Source of the DNA: Ferroacidibacillus organovorans | GTDB taxonomy: Bacteria > Bacillota > Bacilli > Alicyclobacillales > SLC66 | Assembly (NCBI RefSeq): GCF_001642725.1 | Contig: NZ_LSUQ01000007.1 | Location: 1-64,000 of the forward strand | DNA length: 64,000 nucleotides | Direction of reading: 5' to 3' | Notes under the pieces: model-generated | What the model saw: the letters and a program-made list of their open reading frames with translations, nothing else | The model's database searches: none | Told to the model about the DNA's origin: nothing | Made by a program: the position numbers and the translations under genes | Shown: positions 10,625 through 20,707 of the stretch, one piece after another | Layout of the letters: every line of letters begins with the position of its first letter | Numbering within the stretch: position 1 is the first letter of the stretch

Positions 10625-10671
10625 AAAAAGGGCGCCCAAAACACCATGCGACTTGGTGTGGGCGCCTTCTT
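10625..10671. terminator. hairpin terminator after small ORF
   Basis: AAGGGCGCCCA...TGGGCGCCTTCTT inverted repeat. Confidence 0.6.
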
Positions 10672-10710
10672 GTGATCGAAATTCCTGCTGCGAGGGAATT
10701 CCGATCTCGC

Positions 10711-10740
10711 TTTACAACAGGGAAAGCTCATCTGTATACT
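10711..10740 (+). promoter_or_regulatory. putative sigma-A promoter of rib operon
   Basis: TTTACA-N18-TATACT, about 40 nt before the ribD start. Confidence 0.5.
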
Positions 10741-10782
10741 TTGGAAACTAGAGAAAATCGTTTGCTGTGCAGGAGGATCATC

Positions 10783-11883
10783 GTGATCGAATGGAGCACT
10801 ATAGATCGCCACTGGATGGATCTGGCACTCATGCTCGCGCGTGCGACACGCGGACAAACCCATCCCAACCCACAGGTTGGAGCAGTCCTTGTCGCTGCTG
10901 GGCGAGTGATCGGTTTAGGGACCCATCTCAAGGCGGGCGATCCTCACGCCGAAGTTCACGCGTTGCGAATGGCGGGGGAGCATGCGCGCGGCGCCACACT
11001 CTATGTTACGCTGGAACCGTGCGCGCACGTCGGTAGAACCCCTCCGTGTGCTGACGCGGTCATTCAAGCGGGGATTACGCGCGTTGTCGTCGCGCTTGAG
11101 GACCCTGATCCGCGCGTTGCTGGGCGAGGTATTTCTCGCATGAGAGAAGCGGGTATCTCGGTTGAAGTAGGATGCATGCGTGAACAAACAGAGGAGTTGC
11201 TTCGCCCCTATCTTCATGTCAAAGCTACAGGACTTCCATATGTTACGCTGAAATTGGCGACGACGCTCGATGGATTTTTGGCGACTGCATCAGGTGAGAG
11301 TTTATATATGACAGGCGATGCGGCACGTGCGGCAGTCCATCGCCTGCGCGCGCAGGTGGACGCCGTCGGTGTAGGGATCGGAACGGTACTTGCAGATGAC
11401 CCAAAGCTCACGGTGCGGCTTGGAGGAGAGTTCAGGCAGCCTGCGCGCATCGTCTTTGATCGCAAGGCGCGCCTACCTCTGGATGCGCGCCTTGTTTCGG
11501 ATCGCGCGGCAGAAACGTATGTGCTTTGTAGTGAGGATGCATCCATGGATCGTGTTCACGAGTTGCGAGCGCACGGTGTCAATGTGATTGTCATCGGACC
11601 TCACGAGACGTTTACAATGAAAACCGCGCTTCACAAACTGGTAGAAATAGGATTTATACATCTCCTTATTGAAGGCGGATCTACGATTGCGACAGCGCTT
11701 TTAAGTGAGCGTCTCGCGACAGAGCTCTGGTGGTTTCATGCCCCTCTCATTCTTGGACAGGGCATTTCGGGACTGGGAGCACTCGCGATCCAATCCTTAC
11801 ACTCAGCGTTCACACTTGAGAACCCCAGGATTGAGGTCTTTGGAAGCGATGTGTTGACGAAAGGCGCGCTTAAGTATACATAA
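10783..11883 (+). CDS. ribD: bifunctional diaminohydroxyphosphoribosylaminopyrimidine deaminase/reductase
   Basis: PNPQVG, HAE and LEPCAHVGRTPPC motifs; GTG after AGGAGG. Confidence 0.95.
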   Translation: MIEWSTIDRHWMDLALMLARATRGQTHPNPQVGAVLVAAGRVIGLGTHLKAGDPHAEVHALRMAGEHARGATLYVTLEPCAHVGRTPPCADAVIQAGITRVVVALEDPDPRVAGRGISRMREAGISVEVGCMREQTEELLRPYLHVKATGLPYVTLKLATTLDGFLATASGESLYMTGDAARAAVHRLRAQVDAVGVGIGTVLADDPKLTVRLGGEFRQPARIVFDRKARLPLDARLVSDRAAETYVLCSEDASMDRVHELRAHGVNVIVIGPHETFTMKTALHKLVEIGFIHLLIEGGSTIATALLSERLATELWWFHAPLILGQGISGLGALAIQSLHSAFTLENPRIEVFGSDVLTKGALKYT

Positions 11884-11929
11884 TGTTTATTGTGTTAACA
11901 GATGAGCATGGTGCTCACGGAGGTATACG

Positions 11930-12574
11930 ATGTTCACAGGACTTGTGGAAGAGGTAGGGCGTATTCACCAGATCGAGCGAAAAGGTCGCTCACTCCTGCT
12001 CACAATCACTGCGAAGCGCGTCCTTGAAGATGCGAAGATCGGTGATAGCATCGCAGTGAGTGGCGTCTGTTTAACGGTTACGAAATGCTTCGACGATCGC
12101 TTCACAGTGGATGTCGTACCTGAAACGGTAGATCGCTCGACACTTAAGCGTCTACAGCCTGGTTCGCGCGTCAATCTGGAGCGCGCCATGCGCGCGGATG
12201 GACGATTTGGCGGTCACATTGTGGCTGGACACGTTGACACGGTCGCTCAAATACGCCAGATTCAACCTGATGAGAATGCGCGCATCGTCACAATTCAAGC
12301 GGAATCAGACACCATGAGGTATATTGTTGAGAAAGGCTCGATTGCAGTGGATGGGATCAGTCTGACGGTCATGGATGTTTCAAATGAAGCGTTTCGCGTC
12401 TCTTTGATTCCACACACTGCAGGGGAATCGACTGCACAAGATTTTATGATCGGTCAATCGGTTAATCTTGAAGTTGACATACTTGGAAAATATGTAGAGC
12501 GGCTGTTATCTGGGCAAAAAGGTGAAGCACAATCGGGTTTAACGTTTGCGAAATTGCAACAATACGGTTATTAG
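11930..12574 (+). CDS. ribE: riboflavin synthase
   Basis: MFTGLVEE N-terminus, GGHIVAGHVD, VNLEVD. Confidence 0.96.
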   Translation: MFTGLVEEVGRIHQIERKGRSLLLTITAKRVLEDAKIGDSIAVSGVCLTVTKCFDDRFTVDVVPETVDRSTLKRLQPGSRVNLERAMRADGRFGGHIVAGHVDTVAQIRQIQPDENARIVTIQAESDTMRYIVEKGSIAVDGISLTVMDVSNEAFRVSLIPHTAGESTAQDFMIGQSVNLEVDILGKYVERLLSGQKGEAQSGLTFAKLQQYGY

Positions 12575-12631
12575 AGATGATCGTTTAAAATGTGGCCGGG
12601 TAAGAGCCAAGCCCAAGGGAGTGGAGGATCC

Positions 12632-13825
12632 ATGTTTTCTCCAATTGAAACTGCGCTCGCGGCACTTAGACGCGGGGAAATCATTATTGTGGTTGACGAT
12701 GAGGATCGCGAAAATGAGGGGGATTTTGTCGCGCTCGCGGAGTATGCGACGCCAGAAGTCATCAATTTTATGATTACCCACGGCCGCGGTCTCGTCTGTA
12801 TACCGATAGAGATGTCACACGCAAAAGCGCTTCACCTTCACCCCATGGTAGAGAAAAATAGTGATCTGCACGGCACAGCCTTCACCATCTCGGTGGATCA
12901 TGTGAGCACGACCACCGGAATTTCCGCGTTTGAACGCGCGCAAACGGTTCAAGCGCTACTCACGGATGGGAGCAAACCGGAAGATTTTCGCCGTCCTGGT
13001 CACCTGTTTCCGCTCGTTGCAAAAGAAGGTGGCGTTTTGCGCAGGGCAGGTCACACAGAGGCTGCGGTTGACCTCGCACAACTTTGTGGTGCAAAGCCGG
13101 CTGGCGTGATCTGCGAAGTTTTAAAACAGGATGGAACAATGGCGCGCGTTCCTGACTTGTTGCAACTCGCAAATGAATTCAGTCTGCACATGATTACAAT
13201 CGCAGATCTCATCGCGTATCGAAAGCGCGTAGAAAAACTTGTCACACGCGAGGCGGAAGCACTGTTGCCGACAACGTATGGCGACTTTAAAATCTACGTG
13301 TATGCAAACGCTCTGGATCAAAAGGAGCACGTCGCCCTTGTGATGGGGGATGTTACCCCCACTCATCCGACACTAGTGCGCGTGCATTCGGAGTGCTTGA
13401 CGGGTGATGTCTTCGGATCACATCGGTGTGATTGTGGGCCACAATTACACGCAGCGCTTGAAACCATCGCACAGGAAGGTTCAGGCGTGCTACTCTATAT
13501 GCGACAAGAAGGTAGGGGCATTGGACTGATCAATAAAATTCGCGCGTACGAACTTCAAGAGCAAGGGTTTGATACGGTCGAGGCAAACCAAAAGCTTGGA
13601 TTTGCGCCTGATCTGCGCGATTATGGGATTGGGGCGCAGATCCTTGAGGATTTAGGCGTACGAGAGATGCGCTTGCTCACAAACAATCCGCGTAAAATAA
13701 GCGGACTCTCAGGATATGGGTTGAGCGTTGTCGAACGCGTTCCCATTCAAATGGACGCAAGTCAGCATAACGCTCAGTATTTAGCGACGAAAAAATCAAA
13801 ATTAGGCCATTTACTTAATATGTAA
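12632..13825 (+). CDS. ribBA: bifunctional DHBP synthase / GTP cyclohydrolase II
   Basis: [40 protein letters not shown]. Confidence 0.96.
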   Translation: MFSPIETALAALRRGEIIIVVDDEDRENEGDFVALAEYATPEVINFMITHGRGLVCIPIEMSHAKALHLHPMVEKNSDLHGTAFTISVDHVSTTTGISAFERAQTVQALLTDGSKPEDFRRPGHLFPLVAKEGGVLRRAGHTEAAVDLAQLCGAKPAGVICEVLKQDGTMARVPDLLQLANEFSLHMITIADLIAYRKRVEKLVTREAEALLPTTYGDFKIYVYANALDQKEHVALVMGDVTPTHPTLVRVHSECLTGDVFGSHRCDCGPQLHAALETIAQEGSGVLLYMRQEGRGIGLINKIRAYELQEQGFDTVEANQKLGFAPDLRDYGIGAQILEDLGVREMRLLTNNPRKISGLSGYGLSVVERVPIQMDASQHNAQYLATKKSKLGHLLNM

Positions 13826-13841
13826 TGACGGAGGTTTACGA

Positions 13842-14309
13842 ATGGGACGTCAATTTGAAGGTCACCTGGTTGGACAGGGTTTGCGAATGGCGGTGGTGGT
13901 TGGACGCTTTAATGATTTGATCTCACTGCGCTTACTGGCGGGCGCTCAGGACGCGTTTACGCGACACGGGGTTGCGGAGGCAGATGTAGACCTGGCGTTT
14001 GTACCAGGCGCGTTTGAAATCTCGCTCGTGGCAAAACGGCTGGCTGAAACAGGACGCTATGATGCGATCGTGACGCTTGGAGCGGTGATTCGCGGTTCTA
14101 CACCGCATTTTGACTATGTTGCATCAGAAACGGCAAAAGGCGTCGCATCGTCTTCACTCGCGACAGGCGTGCCCATCATCTTTGGCGTGCTTACGACCGA
14201 CACAATTGAGCAAGCGATTGAGCGCGCAGGAACAAAAGCGGGCAATAAAGGCTGGGATGCGGCTGTCGCCGCCATTGAGATGGCAAATTTATTGAGGAGT
14301 TTCGCTTGA
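13842..14309 (+). CDS. ribH: 6,7-dimethyl-8-ribityllumazine synthase
   Basis: [25 protein letters not shown]. Confidence 0.97.
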   Translation: MGRQFEGHLVGQGLRMAVVVGRFNDLISLRLLAGAQDAFTRHGVAEADVDLAFVPGAFEISLVAKRLAETGRYDAIVTLGAVIRGSTPHFDYVASETAKGVASSSLATGVPIIFGVLTTDTIEQAIERAGTKAGNKGWDAAVAAIEMANLLRSFA

Positions 14310-14310
14310 T

Positions 14311-15120
14311 TTGACGAAAATCCTGTTTCGTCAAGAGTCATCCTATCAGACGGTGTGTGTTGGAGAACAGCAAAATGTTCGTTTTTTGCGTTTTGGAGAC
14401 GCATCTGCCGGCTGGCAGGGAGCGTGTGTACTCAATCAACCGAAACGTCTTTATTTCCCGTACCAACAAGCGTTCTCTTTGCATACGGCGTGGGTGCCCA
14501 CAGTAGAAAATTTTCTCTCGATTGGTGTTGGCACAGGAACCGCACTCACTCATATTCACTGGAGGCACCCCGAGGCAAGAATGACGGGCATTGAGCTTGA
14601 CGGAATGGTCCTTCACGTTGCAGAACAGTATTTTGGCCTGTCACGCGACGCGGTACAACTTATCGAAGCGGACGCGCGCGCCTGCCTTGATCGACTGTAT
14701 CCGTCCTATGATCTCATCTTTCTCGACGCCTACTATCAAGAAGATACGCCGAGCGGGATGCTGTGTGAACCCTTTTTAAAGCGGTTGGCTGATCTGCTGA
14801 TCCCTGGTGGCGTACTTGCCATCAACGCGATTATGACGACATTTGGTCCAGGCGCATCACGCTATCGCCGGCTTTGCAACGAACTCTTACGTGCGGTTGG
14901 TCCGACCTTTCGCATTGATGTTGGCATACTTCCTTTTTCAGAGCATAACCTTCTGCTCTATTCCGTCAAAAAGCCTACATTCATCCCATCGATTGAGCGT
15001 CTTCGCGCGCGTGCCCGCGCCGAAATCGCGCAGAACTCGAGCGTCTATGGCCCGTTTCGGGAGATGTTGCCAGCGCGAATCAAAGCGATCGATAGTGCCC
15101 CGAACAGATCGCTCGGTTGA
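14311..15120 (+). CDS. spermidine-synthase-like SAM-dependent methyltransferase
   Basis: LSIGVGTG SAM motif, IELD, DAR, YDLIFLDAY, L.PGGVLAIN. Confidence 0.75.
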   Translation: MTKILFRQESSYQTVCVGEQQNVRFLRFGDASAGWQGACVLNQPKRLYFPYQQAFSLHTAWVPTVENFLSIGVGTGTALTHIHWRHPEARMTGIELDGMVLHVAEQYFGLSRDAVQLIEADARACLDRLYPSYDLIFLDAYYQEDTPSGMLCEPFLKRLADLLIPGGVLAINAIMTTFGPGASRYRRLCNELLRAVGPTFRIDVGILPFSEHNLLLYSVKKPTFIPSIERLRARARAEIAQNSSVYGPFREMLPARIKAIDSAPNRSLG

Positions 15121-15142
15121 TTCGGAAAGAGGAGGGAATCGC

Positions 15143-15772
15143 TTGTTGTTCTTGAGTCACAACATGATCTTTATTCTAATTGCGTTTGTCGTGGGACTCT
15201 CTTTTCACGAGTTTGGACATGCGCTGGCTGCGTTTCTCGTTGGGGATGATACGGCCAAACGGCAAGGGCGGTTGACGCTTAACCCACTGGTTCACCTCGA
15301 TCTCATCGGGTTTATCGTCGTCATTTTTGCCGGATTTGGATGGGCGCGCCCTGTCGTTTTTGATCCGCGGAGGATTCGCGGAAATGTCCGAGTCGGCATC
15401 ATTTTTATCGCGCTCGCAGGTCCACTCATGAACCTTTTTCTTGCCGTGATTAGCGGAATTGTTTTGGTCAGTTTCAATATGCTGACGAGTTCTGCCTATA
15501 TGACAGGATTAGGTCAGTTTGTGTTCTATCTCTTTCTCTATATGATGCAGTTGAATGTCGCGCTTGCCATCTTCAATCTGATTCCGATTCCGCCGCTTGA
15601 CGGATGGCAAATTCTCCATCACCTCATGCCGCGAAAAATGTATTTAAAGACGGCGTCCTTTGAACGATTCGGGATGATTATCCTGCTCATTTTTCTGATC
15701 AGTCCGCTCGGATCATCCGTGATTGGCACGACCACGCAGTATGTTTTGAATGCGTGGTTCAGGAATTTCTGA
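15143..15772 (+). CDS. site-2 protease (M50) family membrane protease
   Basis: HEFGH, AGPLMN, FNLIPIPPLDG; TTG after GGAGGG. Confidence 0.9.
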   Translation: MLFLSHNMIFILIAFVVGLSFHEFGHALAAFLVGDDTAKRQGRLTLNPLVHLDLIGFIVVIFAGFGWARPVVFDPRRIRGNVRVGIIFIALAGPLMNLFLAVISGIVLVSFNMLTSSAYMTGLGQFVFYLFLYMMQLNVALAIFNLIPIPPLDGWQILHHLMPRKMYLKTASFERFGMIILLIFLISPLGSSVIGTTTQYVLNAWFRNF

Positions 15773-16515
15773 TGGAACAGCACCCCATTCATGTGACGCT
15801 CGATTCGTTTGAAGGGCCTCTTGATCTGCTCTGGCATCTGATTGAAAAGCACGAGATTGACATTTACCAAATTCCGATTGCGCTTATCACAGATCAGTAT
15901 ATACGCGTGTTAAAAGATCGACTCGACGCACAGCTAGAAGTGGCGAGTGAATTCTTGGTGATGGCTGCATCTCTCGTCGCTCTCAAAGCGCGTGCGCTTT
16001 TGCCACGCCAAGAGGTGCTGATCGAAGAAGATGACGAGATCGATTTGATCGCGTCAGAGCGCGCACTCACGGAGCGACTTCTTGAATACAGGGCGTTTAA
16101 GGAAGTCGCGCGCGTGCTCAAAGAAATGGAAGGTGAGCGAGCACAGTCCGTTGGGCGGATGCCGATGAATCTGGATGCGTATCGAACGGAGCGCAGTGAT
16201 CCGCCGCTCCTTGGCGTATCTGCCGAGCAGTTGATGACAGCATTTGAAAAGGCGATGGCGCGCATGCCAAAGGAGCGAGATGTCCGCGTCGTTCGTGAAC
16301 GGGAAACCATTCCGGAGCGTATGAAGCGAATTTTACGCATGTTGCGGGATGCGCCTGCGACCTTTTCGTCGCTTTTGCTGATCGATCATCCCCGGGAAAT
16401 CGTGACGTCTTTTCTAGCGTTGCTCGAATTGATTCGAAATCAGCAGGTTATCTGTCGACAGGAGGGACTCTTTTCCGAGATATGGATCGAACGGATTACG
16501 CTTTTGACGAAATAA
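15772..16515 (+). CDS. scpA: segregation and condensation protein A
   Basis: FEGPLDLL, FLALLEL kleisin motifs. Confidence 0.94.
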   Translation: MEQHPIHVTLDSFEGPLDLLWHLIEKHEIDIYQIPIALITDQYIRVLKDRLDAQLEVASEFLVMAASLVALKARALLPRQEVLIEEDDEIDLIASERALTERLLEYRAFKEVARVLKEMEGERAQSVGRMPMNLDAYRTERSDPPLLGVSAEQLMTAFEKAMARMPKERDVRVVRERETIPERMKRILRMLRDAPATFSSLLLIDHPREIVTSFLALLELIRNQQVICRQEGLFSEIWIERITLLTK

Positions 16516-17138
16516 ATGATGAAGAATCGTTTGCACAGGGACTATTCATCGGTACCCAAGAGCAGTGGGATGAACTCGCAAAAGAAGAGGAAGTACGCTT
16601 GTTAAACCTTTTGGAAGGTTTGCTATTTGCCGCTGGAACGGAAGGACTGACCGCAAAAGCGATAGCCAAAGGACTTCTTGTTTCTGAGTCGCTTGTGCCT
16701 GAATTGTGTCATCGTCTCACTGTTTTACAAGAGCAATCCATGCGCATGCTGACCTGTATAAAGACGGCAGATACGTGGCAACTTGTCACACACAAAGCGG
16801 TTTCTCCTTATCTGACCCGCCTTGCCGAGACACCGTCGCATCCGGGTCTGTCGCAGGCTGCACTAGAAACGCTCGCCATCATTGCTTATCGTCAGCCGCT
16901 TACGCGCACCATGATTGAAGCGCTTCGCGGTGTCAAGAGTGAGCGCGCAATCGGAACGCTACTCGCGCGCGGGCTGATCGAAGAAATGGGAAGAGCGGAG
17001 GGACCTGGACGACCCTATTTGTATGGGACAACCCGCCTTTTCCTTGATCATTTTGGGATTTCTTCACCTGATCAACTTCCTCCTTTAGAGATTGCGGACG
17101 GGTTACTTGACGAAACAGCAATAGCGAAAGAAGAATAG
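16482..17138 (+). CDS. scpB: segregation and condensation protein B
   Basis: LSQAALETLAIIAYRQP, GRPYLYGTT. Confidence 0.94.
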   Translation: MDRTDYAFDEINDEESFAQGLFIGTQEQWDELAKEEEVRLLNLLEGLLFAAGTEGLTAKAIAKGLLVSESLVPELCHRLTVLQEQSMRMLTCIKTADTWQLVTHKAVSPYLTRLAETPSHPGLSQAALETLAIIAYRQPLTRTMIEALRGVKSERAIGTLLARGLIEEMGRAEGPGRPYLYGTTRLFLDHFGISSPDQLPPLEIADGLLDETAIAKEE

Positions 17139-17162
17139 GGACCAAGCGTTCTGGACAAACTT
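17133..17162 (+). promoter_or_regulatory. putative sigma-F promoter for ytfI/ytfJ-like genes
   Basis: GAATA-N15-GGACAAACTT fits the sigma-F consensus. Confidence 0.55.
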
Positions 17163-17212
17163 ACCTGAACATCGCGGATGTTTTTGGACGGGATGAGATT
17201 AGATTCCGTTCA

Positions 17213-17899
17213 GTGGTAGGTGACCCCATTTTGCTTTGGTTCTTTTTTACGTTGCTACTCATTCTTTTACTTCTCCTTTTACCTGTTCGTATTGAGGTGA
17301 GCGCGGCGCTCCAAATGCGTCACACGCATGTGCGTGTCAGCGTCGTCCTTGCGGGCATCCGTCTGAAACTGCCACCCTTCAAGCGCCGCAAATCAAAGCG
17401 CAGGGTTCCGGCATCCACCTCGCCCGCGGATAAGTTTCCTTTTAAAGAGCACAAACCGATTGGCTATGAAGAGATTCTCGATAAACTTCATGATGTTACA
17501 GAAATGATTGATATTCTGGAAGATACTTTGCCTCGTCTAAAAAAGGCGATACGGCCGCTTTGCGTTACATACTTTACGTGGGAATCGGCTGTCGGTCTAC
17601 CAAACGCTGCAGAGACGGCCACCGCAGTCGGCGGGTTTTGGATTTTAAAGAGTGGAATTTTAGGAATTCTTTCAAGAATGATTTGCTTCACAAACGAAAT
17701 CACCCTGGAAATCACGCCTCTGTATGAACAGTTAACGCTTGAGAGTGAGATCACTTGTATAGTCGGTGTGACACTCGGTCAAGCTATCGTGGTAGTTGTT
17801 CGTTTAGTCTCTCTGGTGAAAGAAGGGATCTCACGTGTCCGAACATCCGATTCAATCCCTCATGCAAACGGCAATGGAAAACTTAAAAACCATGGTTGA
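17213..17899 (+). CDS. DUF2953 / YtfI-like membrane-anchored protein
   Basis: N-terminal TM, GLPNAAETA..G motif, directly before ytfJ. Confidence 0.7.
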   Translation: MVGDPILLWFFFTLLLILLLLLLPVRIEVSAALQMRHTHVRVSVVLAGIRLKLPPFKRRKSKRRVPASTSPADKFPFKEHKPIGYEEILDKLHDVTEMIDILEDTLPRLKKAIRPLCVTYFTWESAVGLPNAAETATAVGGFWILKSGILGILSRMICFTNEITLEITPLYEQLTLESEITCIVGVTLGQAIVVVVRLVSLVKEGISRVRTSDSIPHANGNGKLKNHG

Positions 17900-18254
17900 T
17901 GTGAATACAATCATCGGGGATCCAGTAGAAACTCCTGACGGCAGTGTGATTCTTCCTGTCAGTCGCGTCGGATTTGGCTTTGCCGCTGGAGGCAGCCAAA
18001 TACGCACGCGAAGGGAATCGGCTGTCGTGAGTGACGCCCAGCAGCCGTTTGGGGGCGGTGCAGGTGGTGGCGTCTCGATTCAGCCGATGGGTTTTTTGAT
18101 CGTTGGCAATGGTCAGGTCAAACTACTTTCTGCGGAACCTGGCAATCAGTTGTATGATCGGTTGATCGATCTTGCGCCGCAAATGCTGGATCGGCTTGAA
18201 GCGTACGCGGTTTCGCGTCGCGAGAGTCGCGCTGTAAAGGAGACTGAAGGATGA
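17835..18254 (+). CDS. ytfJ: GerW/YtfJ family sporulation protein
   Basis: HPIQSLM, VDVNTIIGDPV, FGGGAGGGVSI. Confidence 0.92.
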   Translation: MSEHPIQSLMQTAMENLKTMVDVNTIIGDPVETPDGSVILPVSRVGFGFAAGGSQIRTRRESAVVSDAQQPFGGGAGGGVSIQPMGFLIVGNGQVKLLSAEPGNQLYDRLIDLAPQMLDRLEAYAVSRRESRAVKETEG

Positions 18255-18300
18255 TGCAAAGCGCTCGGGATAAGTTGATTTCCGTTAGAGGTGTGTCTAC

Positions 18301-19497
18301 TTGGACAAGTCAACTCATAGAGTAATGTGTAAACGGGTTGCGCTGCTTGTCATCCTTGTTTGCACGTCAGCGTCTGTCTTTACAAACGCACCATTTGATC
18401 AGCACGCGGATGCAAAACGGATGAAAAGGCATGTTCAACGCATGCAGCAAGTTCAACCGGGGACGGAAAACAGCGCTGAGACGGCCGCCTTGATCGATGT
18501 AGATTCCGGACGAATTCTTTACGAGAAATTAGGCGATCGCAGAATGAGAATCGCCAGTTTAACAAAAATCATTACGGCCTGGATTGCGGTGCGTTCACCA
18601 AAATTCAATCAAACGGTAACCGTTTCGCGAAACGCAGTGCGTCAAGAAGGTTCATCCGTCTATCTCGCCGAAGGAGAAAAGCAGACGATCCGCAATCTCA
18701 CGTACGCTTTGATGTTGCGAAGCGGAAATGACTCTGCTGTTGCAATCGCAGAAGGCGTTGCCGGATCGGTTGCTCGGTTTGCGTCGATGATGAATGCGGA
18801 CGCACGAAAGGTAGGGGCGCAACACAGTCATTTTGTCAATCCCAACGGGTTAGATCACCCTGAACACTACTCAACCGCAAATGACATGGCTTTATTGACG
18901 GCTGCCGCACTTCACAATCCTATGTTTCGCGAGATTGTGAGAACGAAATATTATTCGATGCCATGGCCCAACCAACCATGGGATCGAAAAATGAAGAACA
19001 AAAATAAACTTCTATTCATGTCTGAAGCGGATGGTGTCAAGACGGGGTACACGAAAAAGGCTGGTCGCTGTCTAGCCTCCTCCATGACAAAAGATGGTCA
19101 TCAAGTTGCACTCATTGTTTTGCGCGACGGAAATGACTGGGTTGATTCAATGCGTCTCTTGCGATACGGACTCACAGCATTCGAGCGCAAACCACTTGTG
19201 GAACGTTTTGCACAAACGGTGAAGATTCCTGTCCGATACGGCGTAACCGCAACCGTTGGGGCACGCGCGGTTGGTCATGCCATCTATCCATTAAAACAGG
19301 ATGAACAGCGTGACGTGCGCGTCGTTGTGCATGCTGTACGCTCGCTCAGTGCACCTATCCTAAAAAATCAGGTTGCGGGAACGGTCGATTATGTGTTTCA
19401 CGGCAAACGAATTGGGTCTGCCGTGCTTAAGACTGACAATGATGTGAAAGGTTCTGGATTCATCGGGTGGCTTCGCGGCCTGTTTCATCGCTCATAA
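18301..19497 (+). CDS. dacB: D-alanyl-D-alanine carboxypeptidase DacB (PBP5*)
   Basis: SLTK, SGN and KTG motifs; precedes spmAB. Confidence 0.85.
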   Translation: MDKSTHRVMCKRVALLVILVCTSASVFTNAPFDQHADAKRMKRHVQRMQQVQPGTENSAETAALIDVDSGRILYEKLGDRRMRIASLTKIITAWIAVRSPKFNQTVTVSRNAVRQEGSSVYLAEGEKQTIRNLTYALMLRSGNDSAVAIAEGVAGSVARFASMMNADARKVGAQHSHFVNPNGLDHPEHYSTANDMALLTAAALHNPMFREIVRTKYYSMPWPNQPWDRKMKNKNKLLFMSEADGVKTGYTKKAGRCLASSMTKDGHQVALIVLRDGNDWVDSMRLLRYGLTAFERKPLVERFAQTVKIPVRYGVTATVGARAVGHAIYPLKQDEQRDVRVVVHAVRSLSAPILKNQVAGTVDYVFHGKRIGSAVLKTDNDVKGSGFIGWLRGLFHRS

Positions 19498-19550
19498 TTC
19501 CAAACCGCTTCACGTTTTCGGGTGTCCTTGGGAGGGGAGAATCCGTCGTG

Positions 19551-20159
19551 ATGAATGTTATCTGGGGTTTTTTAATGCTATCTGGCATCGCCGTTGCAGC
19601 AGCGACAGGGCGCATGGACACACTTACGCAAGGACTTTTTAACGGAGCCAAAGATGCGGTCGTCGTCTCGTTTGGTTTGATTAGCATCATTAGTTTCTGG
19701 CTAGGCATGATGCAGATTGCAGAGCGGTCTGGGTTGATCCGAGCCGTCGCGCGGGTCGTTCGACCTTTTGCGAAGTGGCTTTATCCATCGGTTCCGGTCG
19801 ACCATCCTGCAATGGGTTCTCTGATCGCCAATATGAGCGCAAACATTCTCGGACTCGGCAATGCGGCGACGCCACTCGGGCTCAAGGCGATGGACGAATT
19901 GCAATCGCTGAATCAAGAGAAGGATACGGCATCGGATGCGATGTGTACACTGCTTGCGCTAAACACGGCCAGTCTAACTTTGATTCCAGCGACGATGATT
20001 GGGTTGCGGCTTGAGTTTCACAGTAAAAACCCGTCAGGAATTGTGGTTGATACGATGCTTGCCACACTGATTGCTACGTCTGCCGCCATATTTCTTGATC
20101 GTTTTTACCGTAGACGGGCGCGGCGAAAAAGGCAAAGAACCATGGATATCGCAGCATGA
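19551..20159 (+). CDS. spmA: spore maturation protein A
   Basis: ANILGLGNAATPLGLKAM. Confidence 0.94.
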   Translation: MNVIWGFLMLSGIAVAAATGRMDTLTQGLFNGAKDAVVVSFGLISIISFWLGMMQIAERSGLIRAVARVVRPFAKWLYPSVPVDHPAMGSLIANMSANILGLGNAATPLGLKAMDELQSLNQEKDTASDAMCTLLALNTASLTLIPATMIGLRLEFHSKNPSGIVVDTMLATLIATSAAIFLDRFYRRRARRKRQRTMDIAA

Positions 20160-20686
20160 ATGTACTCACCTTTCTCTCAAACCTGATGCTGCCAAGTACG
20201 CTCGCATTGATTCTCGTTATTGGAATCATGCGACGTGTGCCGCTTTTTGACACGTTCATTGAAGGCGCTAAAGAGGGATTTGGGACATCCATCAATTTAA
20301 TCCCCCAACTGATTGCTATGATGGTGGCTGTGAGCATTTTCCGTTCATCAGGCGCGCTTACGCTGCTCATCCACGCTGTGCAGCCGCTGCTCGTACGCCT
20401 TCATTTCCCGAGTGAGCTTCTACCGCTGGCGCTTCTTCGTCCAATCTCAGGTGCCGGGTCTCTTGCGGTTGTCACAGACCTTTTTAAGACGCATGGTCCG
20501 GACTCTTTGATTGGGCGCATGGCATCCGTCATGCAAGGAAGTTCTGACACAACGCTTTATGTTTTGACCGTCTATTTTGGAAGTGTGGGGATACGCAATG
20601 CGAGATACGCCGTAAAAGTCGGATTGTTGTCTGATTTGGTCAGCGCCTTTGCCTCCGTTCTTGCGGTATACTTACTTCAGAAGTGA
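20156..20686 (+). CDS. spmB: spore maturation protein B
   Basis: FIEGAKEG, RPISG, GSSDTTLYVLTVYFG. Confidence 0.94.
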   Translation: MNVLTFLSNLMLPSTLALILVIGIMRRVPLFDTFIEGAKEGFGTSINLIPQLIAMMVAVSIFRSSGALTLLIHAVQPLLVRLHFPSELLPLALLRPISGAGSLAVVTDLFKTHGPDSLIGRMASVMQGSSDTTLYVLTVYFGSVGIRNARYAVKVGLLSDLVSAFASVLAVYLLQK

Positions 20687-20707
20687 GTTGGGAGGCATGC
20701 ATAACGA

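Noticed and set aside
10394..10783. FMN riboswitch, and the 79-aa and 111-aa track ORFs here
   Set aside because: No RFN consensus visible; the track ORFs lack RBSs and run through hairpins, and the 49-aa frame has the better RBS
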